Assembly (NCBI GenBank): GCA_002269645.1
Contig: NIVC01000482.1
Location: forward strand, 186,001-250,000
Reading direction: 5' to 3'
Length of the DNA stretch: 64,000 nucleotides
Source: Macrostomum lignano
Taxonomy: Eukaryota
The number at the start of each line of letters is the position of its first letter. Position 1 is the first letter of the stretch. The notes beneath the pieces were generated by a model that did no database searches, was not told the origin of the DNA, and saw only the letters and a list, made by a program, of their open reading frames with translations. Of the stretch, positions 11,358 to 24,956 are shown piece by piece. The position numbers and the translations under genes were made by a program.

Positions 11358-12750
11358 CGCTTCGCTCGCTCTTTCTCGCTATCTACTATCTATAGCCAGG
11401 ACCTGCACCGGAGCGGTTACGAAAATTAGATTTCTCGGTAGTTGCACGTACTCTTTTGCACTACTTGAGTAGTCTGATTTTCGTTCGGCATGGCTGGTTC
11501 CAGCAGGTAGTTCCTCTGGATAAAAGCGCTTACCGCGCCCATTGGCTTTCCAGCTGCCTTAATCGTTTCCGGTGATCTTGTGTGCGTGCTTTCAGCTTGA
11601 TTGGCTGCGGCAAGCAAGCTCGAAAGAGCTCGCTTCGCTCGCTCTTTCTCGCTATCTACTATCTATAGCCAGGACCTGCACCGGAGCGGTTACGAAAATT
11701 AGATTTCTCGGTAGTTGCACGTACTCTTTTGCACTACTTGAGTAGTCTGATTTTCGTTCGGCATGGCTGGTTCCAGCAGGTAGTTCCTCTGGATAAAAGC
11801 GCTTACCGCGCCCATTGGCTTTCCAGCTGCCTTAATCGTTTCCGGTGATCTTGTGTGCGTGCTTTCAGCTTGATTGGCTGCGGCAAGCAAGCTCGAAAGA
11901 GCTCGCTTCGCTCGCTCTTTCTCGCTATCTACTATCTATAGCCAGGACCTGCACCGGAGCGGTTACGAAAATTAGATTTCTCGGTAGTTGCACGTACTCT
12001 TTTGCACTACTTGAGTAGTCTGATTTTCGTTCGGCATGGCTGGTTCCAGCAGGTAGTTCCTCTGGATAAAAGCGCTTACCGCGCCCATTGGCTTTCCAGC
12101 TGCCTTAATCGTTTCCGGTGATCTTGTGTGCGTGCTTTCAGCTTGATTGGCTGCGGCAAGCAAGCTCGAAAGAGCTCGCTTCGCTCGCTCTTTCTCGCTA
12201 TCTACTATCTATAGCCAGGACCTGCACCGGAGCGGTTACGAAAATTAGATTTCTCGGTAGTTGCACGTACTCTTTTGCACTACTTGAGTAGTCTGATTTT
12301 CGTTCGGCATGGCTGGTTCCAGCAGGTAGTTCCTCTGGATAAAAGCGCTTACCGCGCCCATTGGCTTTCCAGCTGCCTTAATCGTTTCCGGTGATCTTGT
12401 GTGCGTGCTTTCAGCTTGATTGGCTGCGGCAAGCAAGCTCGAAAGAGCTCGCTTCGCTCGCTCTTTCTCGCTATCTACTATCTATAGCCAGGACCTGCAC
12501 CGGAGCGGTTACGAAAATTAGATTTCTCGGTAGTTGCACGTACTCTTTTGCACTACTTGAGTAGTCTGATTTTCGTTCGGCATGGCTGGTTCCAGCAGGT
12601 AGTTCCTCTGGATAAAAGCGCTTACCGCGCCCATTGGCTTTCCAGCTGCCTTAATCGTTTCCGGTGATCTTGTGTGCGTGCTTTCAGCTTGATTGGCTGC
12701 GGCAAGCAAGCTCGAAAGAGCTCGCTTCGCTCGCTCTTTCTCGCTATCTA
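11358..12750. repeat. 273-bp tandem repeat, 5 apparently identical copies plus a partial copy
   Basis: Units start at 11358, 11631, 11904, 12177, 12450 and 12723 (partial); explains five identical 63-aa ORFs. Confidence 0.97.
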
Positions 12751-13026
<276 letters not shown>

Positions 13027-13215
13027 GCTGCCACAAAGGTGGCAGTGCAGAGAATCAGAAGCTCCCCTCTTTATTCACGCATCCCTTCAGCACCCTCGCG
13101 ACCCCGCCTGCCCTTTGCAAGAAAGCTAATTAAATCGCCACCCCTCTCCAGAGTCTCTGGGGCTTCCTTCGATATGCAGGGTGGGTTTAGCCAGTGCAAA
13201 CTGCGAATGGAGGCC

Positions 13216-13360
13216 GCACCCTTATGGCACGGTTTGATATTGAAAACTGGGGCCTTGTGGAAGCGTGGCAGGGCAGGCTGCGCTGTCTGGGCTGATGGGG
13301 ATTGCGGGGACATAAAAATTCAGAACGCTCCGGGATTCAAACAAAGGGTGGTCGGGTTTA
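13216..13360. repeat. ~145-bp direct repeat, copy 2
   Basis: Matches 10769-10915. Confidence 0.93.
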
Positions 13361-13689
13361 AGAGGCTTCTGGAGCCTCTGGGAAACTGAGCATTGGATAG
13401 GGGTACAGGAAGGGGTGAAGGTGGTAGGGGATTCGAAGGAATCGCTGGAATCAGTCAGTAGATAGCAATAAAACTCGGCTTCTGTAGGCTTAAACAGAAG
13501 GAAGAAGCCAAGGTTATCCCCACCCAACAGGGCCTCGATGGATAAGTCTGGAGTCCTTGCTGGATTTCTAGACAAATTTTAATTCAAAATTTTGCAAATG
13601 CTTCATATAATAGTAGTGGCTCCAGCTAGCTAGAAATACATGCGATATGTTAAGTACTCACCCACCCAAAGTGCCCACTTTGGAGGACA

Positions 13690-16155
13690 GAGTGTGCCCC
13701 CAAAGACAGTCAATGTGCCCCCCAAAGACAGTCAATGTGCCCCCCAAAGACAGTCAATGTGCCCCCCAAAGACAGTCAATGTGCCCCCCAAAGACAGTCA
13801 ATGTGCCCCCCAAAGACAGTCAATGTGCCCCCCAAAGACAGTCAATGTGCCCCCCAAAGACAGTCAGTGTGCCCCCCCCAAACACAATCAGTGTACCCTC
13901 CCCCTCAAAGACAGTCGGTGTGCCCCCCAAACACAATCAGTGTACCCCCCCTCAAAGACAGTCAGTGTGCCCCCTCAAAGACAGTCAGTGTACCCCCCCT
14001 CAAAGACAGTCGGTGTGCCCCCCCCCAAAGACAGTCAGTGTGCCCCCCCCCAAAGACAGTCGGTGTGCCCCCCCCAAAGACAGTCGGTGTGCCCCCCCCC
14101 AAAGACAGTCGGTGTGCCCCCCCCCAAAGACAGTCGGTGTGCCCCCCCCAAAGACAGTCGGTGTGCCCCCCCCAAAGACAGTCGGTGTGCCTCCCCCCAA
14201 AGACAGTCGGTGTGCCTCCCCCCAAAGACAGTCGGTGTGCCCCCCCCCAAAGACAGTCGGTGTGCCCCCCCCCAAAGACAGTCGGTGTGCCTCCCCCCAA
14301 AGACAGTCGGTGTGCCCCCCCCCAAAGACAGTCGGTGTGCCCCCCCCAAAGACAGTCGGTGTGCCCCCCCCCAAAGACAGTCGGTGTGCCCCCCCCAAAG
14401 ACAGTCGGTGTGCCCCCCCAAAGACAGTCGGTGTGCCCCCCCCCAAAGACAGTCGGTGTGCCCCCCCCCCAAAGACAGTCGGTGTGCCTCCCCCCAAAGA
14501 CAGTCGGTGTGCCCCCCCCAAAGACAGTCGGTATGCCCCCCCCCAAAGACAGTCGGTGTGCCCCCCCCCAAAGACAGTCGGTGTGCCCCCCCCAAAGACA
14601 GTCGGTGTGCCCCCCCAAAGACAGTCGGTGTGCCTCCCCCCAAAGACAGTCGGTGTGCCCCCCCCCCAAAGACAGTCGGTGTGCCCCCCCCAAAGACAGT
14701 CGGTGTGCCCCCCCCCCAAAGACAGTCGGTGTGCCTCCCCCCAAAGACAGTCGGTGTGCCCCCCCCCAAAGACAGTCGGTGTGCCCCCCCCCAAAGACAG
14801 TCGGTGTGCCCCCCCAAAGACAGTCGGTGTGCCCCCCCCCCCAAAGACAGTCGGTGTGCCTCCCCCCAAAGACAGTCGGTGTGCCCCCCCCAAAGACAGT
14901 CGGTGTGCCTCCCCCCAAAGACAGTCGGTGTGCCCCCCCCCCAAAGACAGTCGGTGTGCCCCCCCCAAAGACAGTTGGTGTGCCCCCCCAAAGACAGTCG
15001 GTGTGCCCCCCCCAAAGACAGTCGGTGTGCCCCCCCCAAAGACAGTCGGTGTGCCCCCCCCAAAGACAGTCGGTGTGCCCCCCCCCCAAAGACAGTCGGT
15101 GTGCCCCCCCCAAAGACAGTCGGTGTGCCCCCCCCCCAAAGACAGTCGGTGTGCCCCCCCCAAAGACAGTCGGTGTGCCCCCCCCAAAGACAGTCGGTGT
15201 GCCCCCCCCCAAAGACAGTCGGTGTGCCCCCCCAAAGACAGTCGGTGTGCCCCCCCCAAAGACAGTCGGTGTGCCCCCCCCCAAAGACAGTCGGTGTGCC
15301 CCCCCCCAAAGACAGTCGGTGTGCCCCCCCCCAAAGACAGTCGGTGTGCCCCCCCCCAAAGACAGTCGGTGTGCCTCCCCCCAAAGACAGTCGGTGTGCC
15401 CCCCCCCCAAAGACAGTCGGTGTGCCCCCCCCAAAGACAGTCGGTGTGCCCCCCCCAAAGACAGTCGGTGTGCCCCCCCCCAAAGACAGTCGGTGTGCCC
15501 CCCCCAAAGACAGTCGGTGTGCCCCCCCCAAAGACAGTCGGTGTGCCCCCCCCAAAGACAGTCGGTGTGCCCCCCCAAAGACAGTCGGTGTGCCCCCCCC
15601 AAAGACAGTCGGTGTGCCCCCCCCAAAGACAGTCGGTGTGCCCCCCCCAAAGACAGTCGGTGTGCCCCCCCCAAAGACAGTCGGTGTGCCCCCCCCAAAG
15701 ACAGTCGGTGTGCCCCCCCCCAAAGACAGTCGGTGTGCCCCCCCAAAGACAGTCGGTGTGCCCCCCCCAAAGACAGTCGGTGTGCCCCCCCCAAAGACAG
15801 TCGGTGTGCCCCCCCCAAAGACAGTCGGTGTGCCCCCCCAAAGACAGTCGGTGTGCCCCCCCCAAAGACAGTCGGTGTGCCCCCCCCAAAGACAGTCGGT
15901 GTGCCCCCCCCAAAGACAGTCGGTGTGCCCCCCCCAAAGACAGTCGGTGTGCCCCCCCCAAAGACAGTCGGTGTGCCCCCCCCAAAGACAGTCGGTGTGC
16001 CCCCCCCAAAGACAGTCGGTGTGCCTCCCCCCAAAGACAGTCGGTGTGCCCCCCCCCAAAGACAGTCGGTGTGCCCCCCCCCAAAGACAGTCGGTGTGCC
16101 CCCCCCAAAGACAGTCGGTGTGCCCCCCCCCAAAGACAGTCGGTGTGCCTCCCCA
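13690..16155. repeat. ~23-27-bp minisatellite CAAAGACAGTCGGTGTG(C)n, about 100 copies
   Basis: Constant 17-mer plus a variable poly-C tract; open in all six frames only because it lacks stop codons. Confidence 0.97.
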
Positions 16156-16845
16156 ACACGCCAGTCGCCAATACACGCTCGTCATTTCAATGAATTCGAA
16201 AGAGCTCCATATTTTACTTTTAATTAAATTCGCTCATGTCTATGATTGTAAATTGGGCGATTCAGGATAGATCTGATATAATATCTGTCTCTAGTGGTCA
16301 GATTTGGGGTTCCAGAAGTCCATGGCCAAGCCCTAGTCAGTTACTAGGGACAGGCAGAGTCATTTATCACAGTCAGAGAAGTTCGGGTTATGGGGTTTTG
16401 GGAAAGGGGGGAGATATGGAGGTTGAGGATGCGGTGGCGGTTGGTAAGTGGTCCTCGTGATGTGGAAAAATAAGTTAAAGAACAGCCACCACAGGCCTCA
16501 GATTGGGGGCTCCGCGGCACCAACAACCCCCACCACCCCACCCCCGTCTTTCTTCTTTTCCCTCTGTCCGATGCCACCCTCCGCTCGCTGTTTGGTGGGG
16601 GCCAATCCCAGACCGCGAGCGCACTGCAGTTGCGGTCTAAAAATAGCCCGGGCGGTCATCGGTACAAATTTAGCAGTCACCACCAAACGCTTTTCAAATC
16701 CAAGCGCAAGCCTCGAGAGCACCACTGACTGAATGAAGATTGGTGCATGGCTCATGGTGTAGCAGCAGTTCGCTAAGCTTTTGTTTGTTCATTCTTATTA
16801 TTTAACCTAGAATAGAAAAAATAAAGGCCGCAAATCCAGCTTCCG

Positions 16846-17212
16846 ATGGCACCCAGAATGGCAGCGACAGCATCGACGAAGAGTAGCAGCCTCGGTTTCG
16901 GCGGGATCGACACGAACTCGCACGAGGAGGTTCTGATGCTGCTAGTGAAGGTGAACCTGTGCATGACCGCGCTGGCGCTGGGTGTCTTGCTGTTCCTGCT
17001 CGGCGGCAAGCTCCGGCGATGGCGCTCGTCAAGGGCCGACAGGCGAGCCGTCAACTTCAGCCGCCGCGGAGGCGACGGCGGCAGCTGGGAGAGCGTCGCC
17101 AAGAAGGCCGCGGGCAGCGGTTCAGAGCGGTGGAGGGCTTGGAGAGAACGTCTGGCTGCCACTGCTAGAACCTTCAGCAAGCAGGCCAAGAAGGAGAGAG
17201 ACCTGGAGAGAG
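16846..17212 (+). CDS. Unknown single-pass membrane protein, exon 1
   Basis: MAPRMAAT...VLMLLVKVNLCMTALALGVLLFLLGGKLRRWR (hydrophobic segment then basic stop-transfer). Ends GAG AGA G|gtgagt, phase 1. Confidence 0.65.
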
Positions 17213-20009
17213 GTGAGTGCTCGTTTTCATTGACAAGTCGGGCGGTGATGGGTATTTTCAAGTTGCAGTAAAAGAAAGTCAAGTCAATGACCTCTGAAGT
17301 CAGTCACTGAAGTAGTCCTTGAGTCAAGTATAAGTGTAAGTGTGAAGGTTGACCATCAGTCAAATTGCATGTAATTGGTTGTTCCTTAAGTTTAAGTCGG
17401 ATATCGACTTAGTGTCGTAGTGCAGGATTTCAGATTTGGATAGATGAAGAATATTGTGTTATAGTTTTATTATCATTTTCCTTTTTCAAAGAAAAGCTAG
17501 AATTTTCAGACTCGAGTTCAATTTCGAACGCATATAGCCCCCCCCCCCAGAGTTTAAAGAGTGCAAATGAAACCCTTGAAGTGGAAGCTGATGTGGTGAC
17601 GACACTATTGAGTTGTAAAGTAATTTAAAGATCCGGTGAAACTTCACTCCACGCCCCTATATCTTCTATATACGAGTATCTTCCTCGTTTAGAAAAAGAA
17701 ATAATGCTTTAGAGCGAAAGAGGAAATCAGGGGCAACGCGCAGGGGATATGCAGGCTGGGTGGGGATTGTTTTACTTTTATGCCTATCTGTGTGCTTTTT
17801 CAAAAGTAAGGATTTTTACGACGGTTTTGGTATGGTTTGGTTGGTTGACCAAATTTGGACTATGGGGCAGCAGATTTTACAACCTTTTCCCTCCGGTTGT
17901 CACCCACAAGAATTCTCCTCATTCCCCAGTAGCAGCAATCAGATGCTGTCTAATGCTGTCTTTTACACACATTTTTCTCCATCAAATTTGACACCCTGGA
18001 CAAAGTGACAAGGTTCTAAAAATGAGGATTACGAGACAATAATTATTAAGCTATAGTAGTTTCTGCTAGGCAAGGCAGCTAGGACTGAACCACCATAGCA
18101 ACCAGCTCATGTTCCCCCTGATACTTACCTCCGTCACCTCCAGTTGTAAACCTGTAACAGCTGTACAATTATATCTTAGATGTGATATAACTTGGTTTCC
18201 ATTCGCATATTAACAGATTGGAATCTGCATTCAATCCCCGATGGAACAGTGCGCGACTTGCACTAAAGCAGCATATAGGAAAATTAAAGTTGCCCGGGCT
18301 CCAATGCGGATGCGATGCAATTTATCTTGCCTCCGGGGTCCTGCAGACAGAGCCAAGCAGAACCAAATTAGCTTTCATGTCGAGCTGATAAATTACTAAA
18401 GCAAGCAGCAGCAGCAAGTCTCTGTCTGAGGGACCGAAAGCATTCTAAAGATATAATATTCCCAATTTCTCCACCCTGTGAAAAAACCATAGGCCTAAAA
18501 ATTCATATTTACCCCATTCCGCTGGCGTTTCACTGCACGGCTCTCTCCCAATGGGATTTGCGCGTTGCCTGCGTTGAAGAAGAAAATTGGGAGCTGCTGC
18601 TGCTGCTGGGCGCGTGACAACCCAGACAGGGTGGGGGGTGGGGCGGCCTTGTGATTGAAGACTCGCATGCAGGCGAAAGGCGCGCAGGCTGCAGGCCTCT
18701 TTGGGGTCAGTGAGGACGCGTTGATACTATACGCGAGTCCTTTCATATGCAAATTTAATCATACTGGCATCAAGAATTGCACTGCACTTGACTCTCTCTC
18801 TCTCTAACCCTGTCTATCTGAGTCCCAGTGTCTGCGTCAACACATGTACACCTGTCTCACTTTGTTTCCGCTGAATAATGATCAATTGTGATAAGCATTG
18901 GTTTATCTGCATGCAGTCAGCTCACACCTATACAACAGATTAAGGACTCCAGGTTTCACTCTCAGTCTCTGCAGCCTCCATAAAGGCTATTTTTATATTC
19001 ACCATCATACTCCTCCATCCACTGTATTCAATTTCTGCTATAGAGAAGTGTTAGCCAAGTCAGAGTTAGCTAAATTGCTTGTAAGGCAATAAAACACGGT
19101 CCCCTATATAGATTGAATGCCGGGCTAGAGAGAGAGGCCTTTGTGAAGCCAGCGCAAGCAGCTGCACATAGCACATATTTGGTCATAATAACGTCGTCAG
19201 TCAGTCAGTCAGGCTTTCTGCTATTTGGTTAGTTAGCCATATCTTACGAGCTATATCGGGCTTCCCTTCCCAATGTCCAGCCCTTATGTACACTCGTAGA
19301 AATGACTCGTTTGAGCTGCAGCTCAGCAGAGCAGATGTTGCAGCGCAGTGAGGCAGAGAAGCCAGCAGGACCCAGTTGCTGCACTGCTCTGTTTTTGGTA
19401 GTTTCGTTGGAGGGTGGTGGGGGCTTTTTGGGGCCATAAAACCTCCCCGCTGACCAGCTCCAAGCCCATGGCTATAGAATTTGGTCTTATGAGTGAGTTC
19501 TCAGAGCGGCAGTCAGTTGGCCTGGACCGCGCGCGGGCTGCAACGTTCTCACGCAGCCTCCGATGCGATGCAGGCGCGAGGGTGCCAGCGAGTTGGGTTG
19601 AACGATAAAAACATTTTGAATCTGCTGAAGCCTGCAGCTGGAGGTGGATGAGGTTGGAAAATTTTTATGTTCTCGTGACTTTCCGCTATGGCTCAGGCAC
19701 GCGCTATGCTAGTCGCTGCAGGAGCAGGGAATGGTCGCCAGAATACCACCTAGAGGAGTCAACTCAGACCATCTCATCTTATAAGCAGAATCAAGTAGTC
19801 ATTAAACCTGTAAAGGATTAAGAAACCCCAACTCGCTGAATTTCATGCCCGTATTTTAGGCGTATTGAAATTGTGGGTTTAAGAAAAGCCATGATTTAAT
19901 CACCGGAACCCAGTAACGCCATGTGATGTCGTGATGATAGTACTAAATTGTTCGTACAAAACAAATTTAACTAGGAGAGTAATATTCAATTCGATCTCAT
20001 TCTACACAG

Positions 20010-20173
20010 AGTTGTCCGACTTTGAAGCGTCACCTCTGCCAGCGGCCGCGTCAGCGCCGGCGACAAACGCACCCGCATCCGTGACGCACTTTCACTGGTC
20101 GCCCGCGCCGGCCCGCGCAACAGCCATGGCAGCTTCGCCGCCGTCCCCTCCGCCATCGCCGATTATTGAGCAT

Positions 20174-20204
<31 letters not shown>

Positions 20205-20527
20205 CGTTGTGGCAGCAACAGCGCCAACGAGCACCGCATCAGCGGCATCAACATCAGCTGTCAGCTGCTGGCACGGACACGGTCACAACGTCCAGCTCGT
20301 CCGGAGGCAGCGTGCTCTCGCTGGGTGCCGCCTCGGCAGCTTCCTCGGCCGCTCTACTCACCTGCCGTTGCCTGAACGCGGACCTGCGGTTGCACAACAC
20401 GCCGGCATCCAGCGAGTTCTCGCTGCCCGCGGCCGACCTGCAGCAGCCGGGGCCGTCGCTACAGCACCCGACAACGCCACAGACGCCAATTAGCGGTGAA
20501 AGCGTCATTACCGACAGCAGCTGCTGA
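20010..20527 (+). CDS. Unknown single-pass membrane protein, exon 2 (Pro/His/Gln/Ser-rich tail)
   Basis: Acceptor ttctacacag|AG is phase 1 and continues as ELSDFEASP. Joined CDS 885 nt, 294 aa, GC-rich with polyQ. Confidence 0.62.
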
Positions 20528-21721
20528 TCCGGCGCAGCAACTTTGTAAATAGTTTCGTTTTGCTCATGATGAGATTTATTGATGTATAGCTTAACTACAT
20601 GCTGGATAAAGCAATTTCCAAGAACATGAGCCGCGATTGTAGGCCAACAAATTTTTGCTACCATGCGCTCGTATCACTACTTAGTCCCTTGAGAGGCATA
20701 TGACTGAGAGAATTTAAGCTATTAACTTTCTTATATAAACCGATGATAGATTTACATATATATAGATAATCTAAATTTAGAATTTTCTTCTTTACGCTGT
20801 TAAAGACAAATTATTAAAGACATTTTCAAACGTACATCACTTATTAAAGATTACTTTCTTATCACCAGTCTACTGTGTAATGGTAACAGTTTATTTATTC
20901 ACCTCTGCAATTCGAGGTCATGTCTCGAAATAGTCTACTACGAAAGACACGTGTTTTTCTTGTTAATGTCCAAGAAGCAGCTGACTTGCACCGCTCGACA
21001 TCGTCACCTGGAGCTCAGGCTCACAGGGTGCGACTTTGTACACAATTCATGAAAAATTGAAGTCAATCCGTTACACCGAACTGGTGTTCCATATTTCCAC
21101 ATGCTTTTTAGTTTTTTTATTATTTTTATCTTGAAAAGAAAAACGCGGACCCGGTCTATACTGAGAAATCACTTTAAATGCATATGCTGCTCTGTCATTG
21201 ATTTTTTGTAAATATAGCTTGTAAATGCTTCAATGATTAACTATTATGCTGCGACTTATTACTAAATTGGCATTCATTGTTCAACATGACCTTAGCAACC
21301 ATTTATTTAGCTAATTACAGCGTTTGCCTAGATTCAAACGAAGATTCGCCGAAATAGTTTTCTCACTACTGTCACAGTCCCCATTTGTGCAGAAAAGAAT
21401 GTTCCTTGTTGCATGCGTACACGCGTGCACTTGCAGTCGAGAACTCTCATACCATTTAACAAAAGCAAAATGTACCTATTTGTACACGAGGCCAGAGAAA
21501 TCGTGTGCAAATTTGTTTTTGATGATGAAAATATGGTAGACCATCGACATCACGTGACATCATTACTAATCTACATTTAAAGCCCTATACAGAATTGCAG
21601 GCTTCATTTTACAGCTATAATAAGTGCTAATAATTTAGCCGAGACCCTTCAAACTTCCCTACAATAAAAATTCACGTATTTCAATTTGGCAGAGTTAATA
21701 CTATAGCAGGTTTATATAACT

Positions 21722-21824
21722 ATGGCAGATGAAGGCTTACTGCTGGTGTGCCCCGAGCAACAGGTGCCACTGCCACCGAACGTTGCTCAAATCCACAGCA
21801 TCGTTGCAGTGAGCCCACCGAATG
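21722..21824 (+). CDS. Predicted first coding exon of the caspase-like gene
   Basis: MADEGLLLVCPEQQVPLPPNVAQIHSIVAVSPPN G|gtgagt; phase 1 matches the acceptor at 25651. Confidence 0.5.
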
Positions 21825-21999
21825 GTGAGTCCTGTGTACATGTACCTGTACCTGTGAATCCTCTGGCGAATATGGTACTGTAAATGTACACTCGGAAGCC
21901 ACCTTATTACGAGATAACACTCACTATAGAGATTTCAAGCCATCAGATAGCACCAAAAAGTCGAGAATCTCACATGGCATAATCTACAGTGGCAATTAA

Positions 22000-22410
22000 A
22001 AATGCATATACATGTTATTAGCTTTTAAGAATCTCACACGGTCACACCGATGAGACCTTAACTGCTTGAGAATCTCACACCAATAAAATCTCACTGACGT
22101 GAGAATCTCACACCATTAGATCTCACTAATCACTCAAGAATCTCACACCAATGAGTTCTCAGTTCATCACTCATTTGAGAACCTCACACCAAGAGATCTC
22201 AATCACTTTAGAATCTGACACTAATGAGTTCTCACTGACTAGAGAATCTCACACAAATGAGACCTCACTCACTAGAGAATCTCACACCATTAGATAACAA
22301 TCAAGTGAATTGAGAACATCACAGCATGTGATCTCGATCACTTAAAAATCTCAGTAGCTATGAGATGAGATCTCTATTCTTAACCACTTGGGAATCTCAC
22401 ACCATATGAG
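22000..22410. repeat. Degenerate repeat of the GAGAATCTCACACC motif
   Basis: More than 10 imperfect copies. Confidence 0.8.
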
Positions 22411-23435
22411 ATTATTTTTTAAATCTTTATAAAAGTGGTAAATATGAATATTCAAAGATCCCCACCTAGCTTCTTGACTTAGTGCATTTAGCTAATCAGA
22501 ATAGTAGCTGTGGTGATATTATAATAAAGTCACTGTTATGAAATTACAGATTTTAATTTTTACATTAGCTAATGCATTGTAACAAATAATGTACTTTCTT
22601 TTAAAAAAATGGGTTGCTTGCTAATGAGCTATAATCACTGCAAATTTTACTCATTATTTGTTTAGTATTAAGTCCATTAGCAGGAATTTTTTATCCAATT
22701 AATTAATTTAATGATTGCTCCATACTCAAATAGATCGATTATCTAGAATTTGGCTTGACTTACACAAAATTAATTAAGACTGCTGGCTGAGCTGAGCCTG
22801 CATGGTAACATGATGATTAATTAAATAACATTAAAAACCGTAAGGTAATTAAATATCATCTAAAGAAAAATCGCTAAAGATACATTGGAGAATGGAGATT
22901 TAATTGGGCATAGTCTTTCGTCTTACTTTCATGGAGTTCTAGATCGAACATCTACCTACGTCTACCTAGAGTGAAACGACTACTTATGTGACCATGGGAA
23001 ACACTTTTAAATGATACAATATCGTTTTTACTGTTTTCGATAAGTATTCGTGGTTGTTATAAATTTTTTAATAAGCGTATGAAAATTAAAAACTCAGAAA
23101 AATTCCACTCCAGAGTTCTCGATTTAGAGTTACGCGGGTGCCTAGTCTAAGATAAAGGATTTTAAATAACCGCCGCCATTATCACGTGCGCAGAATTTCA
23201 CTCTGCGTGTGGCGACACGCGGGACTCACGGAGAGCCCCAACCCCAACCCACTGCCCCAAGACTTAATCTCTATAGTAGAGTAGTATAAGTAGTGGTTTC
23301 GTTAAAAAATTCTATTTTAGGCTTTTATTACGGATATTTGTGTTTATCCAGTTAAAAACACTTTAATTATAATTTTTTACTAACAGATTGCCGGTGTACT
23401 TTCAAGTTTCTTTTCTCTCGAAAAGATTTGTTAAT

Positions 23436-23510
23436 CCACGTCAGTGACGTCACCGCTGGACCCCATGGCCTGGCCTATAAATAAAAGCCCCCTCGCCAGC
23501 CACTTTCAGG
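23436..23510 (+). promoter_or_regulatory. Putative Pol II core promoter: UPRE-like plus CRE palindrome plus TATA box
   Basis: CCACGTCA (23436-43, reverse complement TGACGTGG), GTGACGTCAC (23444-53), TATAAATA (23476-83), Inr-like CCACTTT/TCAG about 26-32 nt downstream. Confidence 0.55.
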
Positions 23511-24553
23511 AAGTTCGACACGAAGCTTTTTCAACTTTATGTTTGCTGTTGCACTCGTCAGTCAGCCGAGCAATGCAACATAGCTTTAGCATTAGACGGC
23601 GCACGAATGATAAGCTTCGACACGTGACTAAAAGGCCTTGTTTTTTAGTAAAAGGTTCGAAAGCAGTGGATTGAATTGAATAACAATATCTTTTACATGC
23701 TTTTATACATGCTATGAGAGAATCATTTGTTGTCCAATGGGTAGCTGTAGCTGAATAGGGGTTTATGGTTTGCGTTTGTACAGTGTCTAGTATTTAGTCA
23801 TCAGTCTTTCAATCGGACCTCCCTCTTTGCGGTCTGATAACCTAACTCTATGAAGTAAAAGAGACGAGAGGGGGGCAAGGGCTATAGCCGGTAGACAGGC
23901 TTTCGGTTGAGAAAACTGGGTGGGTGGGTGTCCAGTTAATTTTGTGTTAGGAGGAGGGACGAGGGTCATATTATCTGCGACCCCTTCTCCCACACTGTAC
24001 ACTGACGCCAACCCCAGCCCAGACATCTGTAGTAAAGTCAAAAGCCAACCAGGCCCCAGGCACACCCCCGTCTTTTCCAGAGGGCCCTCCCTGGTCCTGG
24101 TCGTTCTAATTTTCTTAATCCAACGTGCATTGGGGTGTGAATTTTTATTCGGTGTACAGAAGAGTAAAGTCGAATGTGGGGGTTACGGGAGCTCTAAGAA
24201 AAAAACAAAATAGTGGGAGACCCCAGGCGGGTGATAAAACTAGTGGCGAGGGAAGAAGGATAGGGACTCTATATTCATTATCTGCAGCCCCTCATCCCCT
24301 CACTTTACACTACTGACTGTACATTACTGGCTGTACAGTGGAGGGACTGACCAGGGAGACCTCAGGGATCTAAAGATAAGTTAGTAGACCCAACAACAGT
24401 CAACACTCAACAGTTCCATCCACCAAGCAAATATTTATTTTTATACACCCTTTACCTTTACCGTGCATTTTAAATGAGAACTTTTCTTTCTAACTACGCG
24501 TGATTTGTACACGTGGAACTTGACTGTTGCTGAGTATAATACTCGACTAGGCT

Positions 24554-24688
24554 AGTGGCGCAGCCAGGAATTTATTTCAGGGGGAGGGGCATTCAGCACT
24601 CGGAGGAGGTGCGTGGTTGTGGGGGGATTCTTTTCTCCAGAATTTCGGGGGGGGGGCGGGCCTCCTCCCTGTCCCTGGCTGCGCCACT
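24554..24688. mobile_element. MITE with 15-bp terminal inverted repeats
   Basis: AGTGGCGCAGCCAGG (24554-68) and CCTGGCTGCGCCACT (24674-88). Confidence 0.8.
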
Positions 24689-24746
24689 GGACTCTAGGCA
24701 ATAGAGCAGTGCGTTGTTTGCACCTGCAACTGTTGTTTCCATTTCG

Positions 24747-24956
24747 AGGGGCGGATTTAAGGGGGGGCGTCCTCATCGCCCTCAGTTTGCTCAGTATGGC
24801 GCCTCTCTCGTCTATATTTATAGTACCCTTCTCGTCTATATTATCGCACCACTCTCGTCTATATTATGGCGCCACTCTCGTCTATATTATGATGGCGCCC
24901 CCACTCTTATGGTTAAAATCCGCCCCTTCATTTTATATATTTCTAAATCCGCCCCT
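24747..24956. mobile_element. MITE with 13-bp terminal inverted repeats; partial related copy at ~25480-25617
   Basis: AGGGGCGGATTTA and TAAATCCGCCCCT; the internal ATGGTTAAAATCCGCCCC and CCCTCAGTTTGCTCA motifs recur at 25540-25617. Confidence 0.8.

Noticed and set aside
11358-12750. 273-bp unit as an snRNA, SL RNA or hammerhead ribozyme array
   Set aside because: Only ATCGCTTC resembles the start of U2; no Sm site context and no CUGANGA hammerhead core found by eye.
13640-16270. 700-880-aa ORFs in all six frames; CRISPR-like appearance
   Set aside because: Stop-free minisatellite; the intervening sequence is only variable poly-C, with no unique spacers or cas genes, in a eukaryotic context.
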